Source: Eledone cirrhosa (Eukaryota). Taken from it: a stretch of DNA of 64,000 bases. A program made the position numbers and the translations under genes. Under the pieces are notes generated by a model. The model had not been told where the DNA came from and ran no database searches. It was given only the letters and a program-made list of their open reading frames with translations. Numbering within the stretch: position 1 is the first letter of the stretch; each line of letters opens with the position of its first letter. The DNA is taken from positions 278,566,001 to 278,630,000 of the forward strand of contig OZ024740.1 in NCBI GenBank assembly GCA_964016885.1, given 5' to 3'. Below, piece by piece: positions 50,777 to 64,000 of this stretch.

Positions 50777-51446
50777 GTAAGTATGTGTGTATACGTACAT
50801 ACATATATGTATATATGTATACAGACGTACAGTAGCATGCACATATATATATATATACACATATACATGCAGATACACATACATATATGCACGTATCAGT
50901 TTAGCGGACGCTTATTATAACGCCGCTTATAATAAGCGTCGGCTAAACTGATACGTGCATATATGTATGTGTACCTGCATGTATATGTGTATATATATAT
51001 ATATATATGTGCATGCTACTGTACGTCTGTATACATATATGTATGTACGTATACACACATACTTACATTTAAGTAAGTGCCGTACTAAGAGTGAGAAATG
51101 AAATTTCGTTTTCATTTTATTTCAACTTATCGTTTTCGGTATGCCTGACCGACTTAGCTCACTCCATATGCAAATTAGGCTGCTCAGCCGTTAATTTTCA
51201 TAAGGAAAGTATATACTTTCGAACGTTCAACTATCTGGCAGATGGGTATACGGTGCTGATGATAGCTAACAAGCTTGAAACTAGTACATCGTTCCTGTGT
51301 CAGTGTTGAACAAAAAGGTGACGTGGTTGCCTTAACACCGTACGGCATAAAAATTCAGGCTGTTCAGTTTGTTTACAAACGAACAAAGCGGCGTTATAAT
51401 AAGCGTCCGCTAAACTGATACGTGCATATATGTATGTGTACCTGCA

Positions 51447-51530
<84 letters not shown>

Positions 51531-51649
51531 CATGCTACTGTACGTCTGTATACATATATGTATGTACGTATACACACATACTTACATTTAAGTAAGTGCC
51601 GTACTAAGAGTGAGAAATGAAATTTCGTTTTCATTTTATTTCAACTTAT
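50772..51649 (+). mobile_element. Retrozyme-like non-coding element: inverted arm plus 1.4 tandem copies of a 467-nt unit
   Basis: 50772-50926 is inverted versus the repeat; direct repeats at 50927-51130 and 51394-51649; (TA)n on both sides; no ORF. Confidence 0.85.
51250..51292 (+). ncRNA. Intact minimal type I hammerhead ribozyme
   Basis: ACGGUG CUGAUGA U AGCU AACA AGCU U GAAAC UA GUA CAUCGU: 6-bp stem I, 4-bp stem II, palindromic ACUAGU stem III, GUA site. Confidence 0.9.
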
Positions 51650-51667
51650 ATATATATATATATATAT

Positions 51668-53119
51668 TGGTAAAAGGAAAAGAAAATGCTGACAAATTGT
51701 TCCCAGTGAAAAATAGTTTAATTAGGAATAAGTAAAAATTAGTAATAGTATTGGTTAGTATTCAGTTTTGGTTTTAAGTTTTACCGGTTGCGCATTTCTA
51801 ATGCTTTTCAAAAATAACTTTGAGATAGAGCGCCCGTGATGTTTGCTCTAATCTGATTAGTTTTGGAAATTCTACCTGTTTTATGTAAAAAAAAGTGGCT
51901 CCAGATGTATGAAAAAATTCTTGTGGTCAAAACAATTTTGATTGGTAGAGGTCATGTGAATGTTAAAAATTGATTTTGCGCCAAATGTAGGTTTGTCTCG
52001 GCTGATTGAGAAGTCACTGAAAAATAAGTCTTTCAAGACAAATATGTGTGTGTGTGTGTGTAGTAGTAAAGAGGTTCGTTGTTGTGATAATGGTCAGCAG
52101 GGATGTGTGTGCGAACTGCAGCCTGCTGACAGTTCAAATGCCTATTAAGACAAGTGTGTGTGTGTGTAGCAGAGTAATTCGTGGTAGAGGGATCGGTCAG
52201 TAGGAATGTGTCTGTACGTGTGTGGGGGATATTTTAACATGTTAAAAGATATATTAAGTTGGTGTGAATTTAAGACCTTTGGAGAGTAAGTTGCTATGGT
52301 TGGGTGTTGGTTCTGCACTAGTTAGATTGATAATTTTTATTACTCTCGGTTTCTCCTCCCTGTCTTGTGTTATTTCGTTTGCTTGTATCTGTGTGCTGTG
52401 TCTAAAAAAATGGTTGGGGTAGAGAGGTTGTCTGCTGATGTTAAGTGGTCTCCTGTGTTTGTTATATTCCTTGTTATTGTAAAATGTGGTTCGGGTTCGT
52501 GGTTGTAGATTGAATGGGGTGTTCCTGTATTGCGAGTATGGGTGTGCGTTTCTATGTGCCATGTTGGATTGTGGTGTTATAGGTGGCCTACGTTGTTGGT
52601 TGTATCGTGTGGTGTGGGTTTGTTGTGTATTGTGGAAGCGAGAGTTGAGAAAATGGAAATTACCTTGCTGTCCCCTTGAAGCGGGGAAGTTGTTACATCT
52701 ATCATGGTGGTGGTATCTTTTCCCTAAGTTTGACGATGAGGCATCCGCGTAGTAGTTGAGTGATTTGGTATGGTGTCTCCTTGAAGGGGGAAAGTTGTAA
52801 ATGTCATTCTGGCGAAGATGATTTCTAGGGTTTTTGTTCCTTCTTATGGTAGCGATGTTGGGAAGTTGATCTTCGGTGTGGTGCTTCCTTCTTCTTTTGT
52901 TAGTGGTTGGGGGGTTTGCGAAGTTGTTGTGCGGTTCAGTTATGGGTTTTCCTATTTTTATGAACGGGTTATTGGAGGTGTAATCCGTTTGAAAAGTCGA
53001 TTCATAGTGTAGGAACCAAGCGGCACTTTTTTCCCAGCGTTGAAGGGATTTCAGTTCTTCTCTGTTGCAGTCCCCTTTCCATAATTTAGAGATCTTCTCT
53101 ACCTTGGGGCCTTCAGTCG
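51668..53119 (-). mobile_element. Internally deleted Neptune-like PLE with degenerate U3-A8 HHR (51778-51815)
   Basis: IINLTSAEPTPNHSNLLSKGLKFTPT is the PLE N-terminal motif; 3' UUGAAAA GCAU UAGAA AUGC GCAAC CG GUA; TA tracts at both ends. Confidence 0.7.
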
Positions 53120-53402
53120 TATATATATGGGTGTGTGTGTATTTATATATATATATATATATATATAAAGAGTGGTGTGCGCATGCTATAAAGATGGAAA
53201 AAGTTATATATATATATATCGTAATAATATTATTATTATTTATAGTTATGTATACACTATATACAACTATAAACAGGAAAGGTCAGTAATTCATTACTAC
53301 CATATTACCAGTAAGAAAAATAGCTCAATGTAAATACATGAGATGTTTTACAGAGCCGGAATATAAATTACACAATAATCAAAGCTATGTTCAAATCATT
53401 TT

Positions 53403-53453
53403 ATTGCTGACAATCGTTTCTTCCAAACTTTCGTTTGGAATCATCGGAGCATT
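53403..53453 (-). ncRNA. Type I hammerhead with U4C core change
   Basis: AAUGCU CCGAUGA UUCCAAAC GAAA GUUUGGAA GAAAC GAUU GUC AGCAAU; lies in a probable PLE 3' region (about 53270-53935). Confidence 0.75.
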
Positions 53454-54146
53454 AGCAATGTTTGTACATATAATTAACCTCCTATTCGACTGAACAATCA
53501 TATAGATACATGGATATTAATGTTGTCAACAACAGTTTCGTATTTACAGAGTGGAATGGATGCGACATAGATTTCAAGAGAATTGTACAATAATTAAAAT
53601 TAAAAAGGCACAGGGTGGAATGCATGCGACAGAGATTACAGGGGAATAGTATAATAATTAAAGAGGCATTATGGTAGAAAGATACTCGTAAAACGAGGAC
53701 ACTAGCAGTACATATGCAAGCGTATCGAGAGTGCAAATGCGTTAGGCACATACAGGAAGGAAACAAGCAATGGTATTAGGCATATATAATTATAGCATGG
53801 CAAAGGTATCACATGAAATAACATGTTTACAAGCATATCAGGCAGGCAAAGATGTTTGTGTATTAAGATTATGGGTTTATGGTGGATGTAGTGTGTCGAT
53901 TGTTTCTGTAATGTTCAAATGTGTATGTGCTGAGAATCACTCCACAACAACTCGAACCCCGGATAACAATATAATAGGACCGGTATACAATCTATGGCTG
54001 TGACTGATTAAAAACATTCACTAAAATAAAATATACCCAATGTGATGGAAAAAATAGCAATAACATTGAAACTCTCAGCACATACACATTTGAACTCGAA
54101 ACGGCTTGAGCTCTGCCGTCGGATTCATGACTCTTTTCCTATACAC

Positions 54147-55192
<1,046 letters not shown>

Positions 55193-55531
55193 CAAACACT
55201 ACGGATCTTACATTGCTTCTTTTTGTCAATATGTTATTTAAGTTACTAGCTTTGGTTTCCTATAAACAATATTGTAATCAATCACAATGATTGATACGGT
55301 GCACGTCAGAGTTTAACATTCAAGTGTGTTTAGAGGCTCGTCATACTTAAGAGATGCATGATATAAACACATTATCACTGTGCATTACTCGATTATAGCT
55401 ATATAACAAATATATTGCCTATTGTACACACGCACACAGGCATACGCACACACGCACACACACGCACGCACACAAACAAACAGGCTAGCACACACACACA
55501 CACAACATATATATATATAAATATATATGTG

Positions 55532-55579
<48 letters not shown>

Positions 55580-55599
55580 CAGTATATATGTGTGTGTGC

Positions 55600-55634
<35 letters not shown>

Positions 55635-55821
55635 ACTTGTGTGTTACACCTCTATTCTTTTAACTATATATATATATATATATATACAACGATGCGTTAC
55701 ATATGTAACAGTTCCCATCAGAATCAATATTTCAGCTTTCTCTTACGTTATATATATATATAAGAATGATAATGGCTTCTTATTCAAAAACAATAACATC
55801 AATAATAATAATAATAATAAT

Positions 55822-55908
55822 AATTGTTTCTACTTTAGGCACAAGGTCAGCAAATACCCAGTGCATTACTGGTACTTTATTTTATCGACCCCGTAAGGAT
55901 GAAAGGCA
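55822..55908 (-). mobile_element. SINE 3' half fused to the Tx1 3' UTR
   Basis: Core ends at gatgaaaggca directly against accacaagg of the LINE. Confidence 0.8.
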
Positions 55909-56145
55909 ACCACAAGGGTTTACATAAAGTAGACATTAAGGACAGTGCAGGACAATACAGGACGGTACAAATGGGCATTTCTGCGTGTAAAAAACAAAAA
56001 CAGAGGATGTAACAAAAAATAACAATGAAAAATTCCCCAATAGAGGGGAGACTTCGGAGGGACATTTGTGGAGAAAGCCCAGTAAAAGGCCACAGTGACC
56101 CTGACAACCAAGGCAAGTGCCCTCTCCCAGTTTTCCACCTTTAAT

Positions 56146-59100
56146 TTACAGACACATACTCAGAGTAGGCCCATTCACTCGGGCCATTCTTGCTTCTCTC
56201 ACCCATCTTTCAACAAAATGCTGGGAAGAATGCACTTCCCTCTCTACCCTGATTTTTCTTTTCAAATGAAATTTGAAAAAGTCAATCAGGGCATCACCGA
56301 AGAGATAAGTGCTCGTCTTCAGCCCTTTCAAACGTGTCCACCATACTATCTCTTTCGCCATGGCCACCAGACAGATAAAAACTGCCTGCCCTTCCCGGCT
56401 AAAGGAAGAGGGCGGGGAAAACCTCACGATGGACTCAGATGATAGCCGGATCCGTCCTACACGCGACAGCAGGTGTTCGACATAAACCCACAAGTCAGCA
56501 ATTTTCGGACACTGGACGAGTGCGTGCAGGACGGTTTCGTCGCCCTGCGCGCATCTCGGACATGCCCGGCTGACGGCACATCCATGCCTGTAGAGTTTAT
56601 CTCGAACTGGCAAGGCTCCTCGGTAGCACTGCCAGGCCAGAGATTTCTGGAAGTTGTCCATAGGCCCCGGCCCGAAAGTTCTTCCGAAGAGATTGGCTAG
56701 TTGATTTTCGTCGACGCCTAGAGTTTCCCCAAGTACGTCGTCGCTCTTCCCCTCCACTAATCCTCTATAGAACGCCGAGGTGGAGTTTCCACCGATCACA
56801 TTGCCCGATTGGTCGAGGGCTATGAGCGCCTGAAGACATTCCAGTCTCCAGGCGCTCCCTCTCGGTCTTCGCTTGACCCGGGACTGCAGCTCCGTCAAGG
56901 AAACGAGCTGGGGAAATACGTGTCTAGCAAACGGTGACCACACCTGATCACCGTCGAGGAAGAGGTGGAGATGTCGTAGCCTGAGCGCGTGTCTGCGCAT
57001 CATCAGCCACGGCATGCCCAGCCCTCCATGTAGCCGGTGTTGACAATAGATGGACAACCTGACCATCGGAGCGCGTCCCTTCCACAAAAAGCGAAAGAGC
57101 AAACGCTCCAGAGCAGTCAGGCGGGGCTTAGGACAAGGTACGACGGTCAGGAGGTAGCAGATGACAGACGCGATGTACGCGTTAGCCACCTCCGCTCGAC
57201 CTTTCAGGGATAGCTTCCTCTCCACCCATTTCTGGGTGAGAGAAGCCACCCTGCTCGTCACCTCGTCCCAGTTTTTGTCCGTCTGGAGGTCCGGACCGAA
57301 CCAGACCCTAGCAAATTAACCGGTCTGTCCGTCCAGCGTCCGACGACGCTGTTGGACGGCATGGACCTTCCTCTCCAGGTGCCGAGCTGCAGGCCCACTG
57401 ACTTTTGCTGGTTGATCATTGCTCCTGTCACCGCTACGTATTCTCTTAGTGTAGTGCCGATCGCCTCGATGTGTTTGGCGTTCGACACCACTACGCTGAC
57501 ATCGTCCGCATATGCTGACACGGATCTTCCGCATCCTAGTTCGCGCGGGACGCCCCTCAACGTCTCCAGTTTGTGCAGTATTGGCTCGAGAGTCAATACG
57601 TACAAGAGGGACGAGAGAGGACATCCTTGGCGGACCGAGCGCATGATGTTGAATGGTTCCGAAAGGTGACCGTTCACTCTTAACCACAGAGCAGATGTCG
57701 CTGTGCATGGCAGCGATCCAGCCTCTGAAGACGGGCCCAAAGCCAGCCGCCCTCAGGACTGCCGCTAGGTAACGATGGTCGACTGTATCGAAATCTTTCG
57801 ACTGATCTAAATTGATCAAAGACCCACCCGTGCCAGGTTCACCTTGGCCAAAATCTTGAACTCTGTGTTTAGCAGAGTTATGGGCCTGAAATTATCTATG
57901 TTATCCCCCTTGTTCGGATCCTTTCTCAGCAGTGCCACCGCTCCTCGGCTCACAGAGCTGGGAATTCTCCCGTTCTGTTTCCAGTTGCAGTAGACGTCCA
58001 CCAAGAGGCCTCCGAACAAGTATGGCATCTGTACGTAAAGTTCATAGGGCAGACCATCCAAACCAGGCGATTTACCCCTTGTGCAGCCAGTCATTGCCTC
58101 CCGTACTTCAGCGGCTGTTATCAGCTTTTCGCAACACTCCGCCTCAGTGGCCGAGAGCCGCGGCAGTCCGTCGAGGTAGACACTAAAGTCCATCCCTCGA
58201 CCCAGCCCACCGCTGCCCCCAACAGCTGAGCGAAGTATCGCTGAAAAGCTTCACACATTTTCCCGGGATCGAGTAGCATGCGCCTGTTGTGGTCCACCAA
58301 AGACCGGATCGTGGCTTTGTTGCCACGACGCGCCTCCGCCACTCGGGTCCATTGAACGACTTTCGTCCCCTCGTGTCTGAGAGCACGCACCCTAGCTCTG
58401 ACAACGCAGCCTTCGTGCTTTGCATTGAAGAATTGGTCAAGGGCCAATTTCGCCGCAAGCACGTCGGTCGCGATGTCTTTGCTAAGCGCCTCGTCTAATT
58501 TTCTAACTAGTTCTCCCTCTGCTCTATGTTTCTCTATTGCTAAAGCCTTACTAAACCTAATGGATTCTATTCTAATCGCTCTTTTCAGAGCAAACCACCA
58601 TTTGTTGTTGACGATGGCCCCCGTCAACTTCCGCTTAACTAGTTCGCTAATCCGGTCTCTGTAGGCCTTGCGCGCTGGTAAGGACGCGTTTAGCTTCCAG
58701 TAGCCGGGTCCTCGTCTATGAAGCCTATCTAAGTCAAGCACACAGATCACTAATTTGTGGTCAGTGTAGCTGACTATCTTTAATTGTGGACAGCCTATGC
58801 TAGATCTATCTATTTCCCTACAAAATACTCTATCTAGATATGATCTGGATGACCCTATGCGATTTGTCCAAGTCCACATTGGCACATTCGGGAAATCCAA
58901 TCGGTACCTGTCAGACAGTTCAAAACGCCTGAGCAGGTTGGTGAGGCTCTTGCACCCTCCACCCCTATCCGCTAATCCCACACAGTCCCAGCGTACATCT
59001 AAGATCCAGTTCCAGTCGCCCACTAACACTAAAGAGCGGGACGTTCCAAGAAAGGTCTCCAGACGCCGAAAGAAATCAGGCCGCCCTGCTCCTGAAAGCC

Positions 59101-59437
59101 GTCCTGCAGCCACTAGCCTGAAAGCTTGCCCGTCTCCGCTGGTCACGTCCAGCACCACCAACTTACCCTCTGGGTTCAGGAAGATGGCCCGTATGGCGAG
59201 ATCCAAACCTCTCCGAAAAAGCACAGCAACTCCTCCCCCCGATCCAGGACGGCTGGGAGATGCGTACACATCGTAGCTGCCGAAGATCGGTGCGAAGGCC
59301 CGTGCTTCGGAGATTCTGGTCTCGCTGATGGCTACTACATCTATGTTTAGTGACCTGAGGTGGTTGAGCAGGTGGCCCTGCTTCCATGACGACCCCAAGC
59401 CACGCGCATTTATGCTGCCTATTCTGAGTGTGGTCAT
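56146..59437 (-). pseudogene. Tx1-like ORF2 (APE endonuclease, RT, C-terminal zinc knuckle), frameshifted, with an internal deletion near 57840
   Basis: INARGL, ISET, GDWN, SYLDR, TDH; FRPITLLNTEFKILAK, LDQSKDFDTVDH, VRQGCPLS, YADD; CPRC..ETVLHALVQC. Confidence 0.92.
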
Positions 59438-59472
59438 GTTTAAAATGGAGTGGAAAAGATGGGAAAGACCAC

Positions 59473-61594
59473 TTACCGTACTTTTCGTAGAGGAAGGATG
59501 ATTTCTCCATCCCTTTTCACTTGATCGTCTGGTGAAGGGACCGTTGAATCGTCCCTTCGGCTGGTCGTCGGCTCTTCTATGAGTATGTCCGAATATACTC
59601 TCCGGTTGAGAGTCCCTCCCAGGTCTCTGAAATCACCAACTGCGTTGGGGAATTTCGTTTTAATGTTTGTGTATTGTTTCTGTGTAATTCTTACCAGTCT
59701 TATGTTCGTTGGTGTTTTGATTGGTGCTGGTATTATGTAGTCGTGCTGTGAAATGCCTGTGTGTTCAATTATGAAAGTCATTAGTTTCTTGTTGTGTGTA
59801 TTTATTGCCGTGGATTTGTTTTTCTGGGGGTGGGGGTGGTTCTGCTATTTTCTTATCGTTGTTGCTGGGTGTGTGTGTTTTGTTGTTGTGTTTGCGATGT
59901 TGGTGCTTGTGGTGGTGGTGTTGAAGGTGTTGTTGTTGGCGGTGGGGTTGTCGCCGGTGGTGATGGTGGTGCTAGTGTGGGTGGTGATTGCGTTGGTGGT
60001 GTTGCTGCTGTGAGTCTCTTTGCAGTAGCCTTTACCCTTTTTTCCTTTCTTTCCTCCCTTTTCGAAGGCGACGATGCGCTGCTTCTGCGTTTGTGCCTTC
60101 TTGCGACATTTTGCCATCCCTCTCCACCTCACACTCCATGTCTGATTCTGTGAGGTCGGGGAGGGGTACCAGCTCCACTCTTTCACTTGTTGTTGTTGGT
60201 GACGTTTGCAGTGGAGTCTCTGTTGGAGCTGCAGTTGGTATTACTGTTGTTGTTGTTAATACTTCCACTGCTGCTGCTGTTCTTTATTTCCGTGGCGTAG
60301 GTATGGGTGCCACGGATCTATCGTTCCTGGTTGCCGCTTGTCCTGTTGCTGGTAGCAGTGGAGCCGGTTTCGGAAGGAGGGTTTTTTTCCTTTCTCAGGG
60401 TCTTCTCGTTGCAGAAGGCCCTGAGGTGAGTCTTCAATCCACAGCGAAAGCATTTCGGGCGTTTTCCCCCAACACTTATGGGCAGTTGAGTGCCGTTATC
60501 GAAGTCTATCACATCCGGGATAGCTTCGATCCACTCCTGGTTGGTTTGAATTAACATCTCAATGGAGGTGCCGACCCAATCTTCTCTTACTCTTTTCTGT
60601 ACTTGCAGTACAGTTGTTTTGTCCTTGATTCAGACGCGGCCAGCCAAGAAGGGGCCATCCCGGGGAGGGGGGACGTGAGTCAGTTTGACCCTCACAATTT
60701 TTTGCTCGCAGTAGGAGGGCACCAACACCATTTCCTCGCTCCTGAGGGTCACTAAGGATTGAGCCTTAGCCTCCTGGGGTGTGACAAAAAGCACGTCTAC
60801 GGTGGCATATTTCTTGCTTCGGGTGATATGCGTTTTCCGCTGCCACACAGACCCTAAGGCTTTTTGTATTTGAGCCTCTGTGGCTCTTTCAACCCTACGG
60901 GATTTTGTGCTTACTGTACGGTACGTGACCGTACAGTGCTGTTGGGTTTCGAAAGATTTTTCGGCTGCCTTGCAGATTGCTCGGTGTCCGGTTTTCGTCA
61001 CCATCTTCTTCGCTTCCTGTAATTCCTCATTTGTTATGAGGATTGTTTCCAGGTTCTTTGCGATACCTGCAAACGAGATTGGTTTTTCTTTGCTGCGGTT
61101 GTTGTTGTTGTTGTCCTCAGAGCTGCTGTTACTTTTGTTGTTGCTGCAGGTACTACGACTACTGCTGCCGCCGCTGTTGCTGTGGTTGTTGTTGTTGTTG
61201 CTGCTGCTGCTGTTGTTGTTGCTGTTGCCTCTAATGCTGTTGTTGTTTATGCTGCTGCTGATGCTGTTTCGGCTGCTACTGTTGTTTTCCTTGTCACTGT
61301 TGCTGCTGCTGTTATTACGGCTGCTACTGCTATTATTCATGACGTCAGACGAATGAAATGGGTTTTCGTATTTACCGCACACCTTTTTCGTCGTTGTCGT
61401 CGTCGTGGAGAAATGTTCCATGCTTTGCACGTGATTTTTCTTTACTGGCGTCGCTTGCGAAAGAGAAGGGAAGGAGAGAGACACATTTAGAGAAGGGAGG
61501 GAGAGAGACAATCTTCTCTCTGCTGTAGTGACGATTGGGGAAGAAGAAGACGGAATGAGTGGGAGTGACTTGTGAAAATTCTTTTTCGTAGCCA
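59473..61594 (-). pseudogene. Tx1-like ORF1 (gag-like, CCHC knuckle), frameshifted
   Basis: MATKKNF start, N/S-rich tract, CFRCGLKTHLRAFC; layout homologous to ORF1 of the 29.7-33.2 kb copy. Confidence 0.8.
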
Positions 61595-62002
61595 TGTTTT
61601 GTTTTTTTTTAAATAAATATTGGGCACAAAACCCCAATAAGCGGTTATTTAACCCGAAGGGCCAAATAACGGGCAGAAAGACCCCTCTCACGAGGAGGAG
61701 GGTGTTTTTGTCTACAATTTGGTTAAAGTTTTAAACAATTTACAATTGTTATAGCGGTCAAAATTTACAATACCTTACAGAGCCGAGCCTCCGTCAACCA
61801 TGGCATTCAATAATAATAATAATAATAATAATAATGATAATAATAATATAAAACGAGGTAATAATTAAAATATAACGTCCGATCAAATTATTTATTGTCT
61901 AGCTATTAATCTTGAGTTATTTCCATTCATTTACTTTTTCTCATTATGCATATTATACTGGCCAAGTTCCTTAATTATAAGTACATGTGTGTGTGAAAGC
62001 AA

Positions 62003-62300
62003 GGTAAAGACACCCTTCGCTCACCAATGGCCATGGAATTTGCACTTAGAAATTTCCCCTCCGTGACATAAAACTGGACAAGGTTGTTTGTGGAAGACTA
62101 GACGTTACCTATGCATACCAGTCTCGCCTCTCCACGCCACCGATGTTGTCCAAGGGAAAAGCAGAGGCCGATACAACTTTGCTCCAGTGTTGTCTAGCTC
62201 ATGGACACAACACATCTTGCTCAAGGACTCAACACATCACTCGGTCAGGGAATCGAGCCCACAATCTTACGATTGCAAGCCCAACGCTCTAAGCCATGCC
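62003..62300 (-). mobile_element. tRNA-derived CORE-SINE
   Basis: tcttgctcaaggac CORE remnant and head gggaatcgagcccacaatcttacgattgcaagcccaacgctct. Confidence 0.65.
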
Positions 62301-62329
62301 AATGTTTGTTAGAATTGAAATTGGGGTAG

Positions 62330-62670
62330 AGCAGGTGGATTAGCAGTATCGATAGAGCGTCGGACATGTTTTGTGGCATGAAGTTACGGTCCTTACGTTC
62401 TGAGTTCAAATTCAACCGAGATTATCTTGGCCTTTCATCATTACGGGGTCGATAAAATAAAATACCAGTAATGCGCTTGGGTCGATTTAATCACCAAAAT
62501 TGTTGTAATTTGGAATTAGTAGTATCGGCTCAACATCGGACAACATTTCTTTGCGGCATATAATGCATATAATTACGTCCCTTTACGTTCTGAGTTCAAA
62601 TCTCGCCGGGGTTAGCTTTGCTTTTCAACTTACGGGGTTAATAAAATAAAATAAAATGCCAGTAATATGT
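62330..62670 (+). mobile_element. Two tandem Nin/Deu-core SINEs
   Basis: ctgagttcaaat plus core at about 62400 and 62590. Confidence 0.8.
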
Positions 62671-64000
62671 CGATTGACTGAGAAAATAGCCTGGTAGTAT
62701 CCAGGAGATAATTTTTAAATTCTGTTGATTTTAACCATTCATTCATTGGAGGTCTATAAGAAAAAAGTACCACATTCCCTCAACTACGCTCTGCATATGC
62801 AAGATTTTTATAAACTTTAGGCTGAAATCTCGATCTACTTAAAATGTTAATGTATACTTTGGTGCGTCTTATATTTAACAGAATCTGTCACTGTCAGCTA
62901 AATCTTATCCCAATTTTCGAGATTATCTTAGGAGAAACATTTTGTATCTGGATATGTATGAAATTAAACTTGTTTTTGAAAGATTTACACGCACAAATGC
63001 ATTTTCCTGGAGCTGAAAAGTTGATAATTTAGATAAGAGAAAGATATTAATCGCTGCAATAATTGACTCACATTTACATGATAATGAAATATCCACGGCA
63101 GGCAAATATTGTCCTTATTTTTTAATTATGCCAATTATACTTGTTTCAAATGATTTAGAAACCTTTTTTCTGTATTTAAAAATGATTAGAATTTACAATG
63201 TCGATGAGATCGAAAAGCCCTAAATATGCAAAGAAAAATCGGTTATTTCTTCCCAAAAGCATGAAAATCAATTGAGAAATTGATTCTAAATATCTTTGAA
63301 TTATGTTCCATTTTGTAAGCCGGTATCAATTTCCGCTGGGTTTATTTTCTTTCTCTAATTATAAAGGAAATTTTAATTATTAAGAAATTTGGGGCACAGC
63401 ATTCTTAATTAATATCTTAATTATCAAAATTCATTCCACTGTTCATTTGAGTTGTTTCCCTTGGGCCAATTTATTTATATTTTCACCGACTTATTTACCA
63501 CTTTAAGAATACTATGAGATTTCTTTTCGACTGTCCAAGACATTTAAATTGTATTAACATAGGTTGATGCTGTTGTCGTTATTGTTGTTCGATAAGGCAA
63601 CACTAATCCAATGAATTTATAATCAAATATATTTCAGTCAGGATTTTTTGTTTTTTATTGCGAGGCAGAGATTGCAGATATAGTCTATCTAGAACTAGAC
63701 TATGCAATGTGTCCTTTTTTAAGGTGGTATGGTTTGCTTTAAGAGTCGGTTTACAGCTATTTCTATCGGGTAGTGTTCTCTCGCGACCTCGAAACTTGTT
63801 AGAAAATACAGTTTTAATTTCATGCTAGAAAATCACATTTCTATTAATGTTAATATGTCGACTATTCGATTGGAATAATACGTTCAAGAGGAAAGATGTG
63901 TTATATTCTACAGTCAAATACACAGTATTCCACTATAAAAAAGCTTGGCTATGTTGCAAGAACTACATTGCATTAAGAAAATATTTAATTTACCATCCTA

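Larger units (their letters stand above)
55909..61808 (-). mobile_element. Near full-length Tx1-like LINE, non-functional
   Basis: ORF1 and ORF2 in order with UTRs; (AAT)n at 55793-55823 and 61809-61848. Confidence 0.92.

Noticed and set aside
57352-61490. Plus-strand ORFs over the Tx1 element, including the poly-L/C/V ORFs at 60880-61490
   Set aside because: Antisense shadows of ORF1/ORF2 and of a trinucleotide tract.

Overview
Eukaryotic, very AT-rich, microsatellite-saturated DNA. A cephalopod (Octopus-like) origin is inferred from the tRNA-derived Nin/Deu-core and CORE SINEs and the repeat density; it is not proven. No intact host protein-coding gene is supported, and almost all ORF-track entries are microsatellite artefacts. 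The window holds one tRNA-Gly(GCC) with a damaged anticodon stem, two large decayed Tx1-like LINEs plus two 3' fragments, several RTE-clade fragments (one 5'-inverted, one with three C2H2 fingers), a decayed R4/Dong-like LINE, two non-autonomous Helitrons, hAT and mariner MITEs, about 20 SINEs, and Penelope-like element (PLE) remnants. The main hidden signal is non-coding: more than a dozen type I hammerhead ribozyme (HHR) motifs, read by eye on both strands, in (TA)n-anchored elements of at least seven unrelated families. Many of these elements form asymmetric palindromes whose two 3' ends face outward into (TA)n and are staggered by a family-specific 57-150 nt. One is a 467-nt retrozyme-like partial tandem with an intact minimal HHR. 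All structures were folded by eye; no alignment, covariance search or activity test was run.
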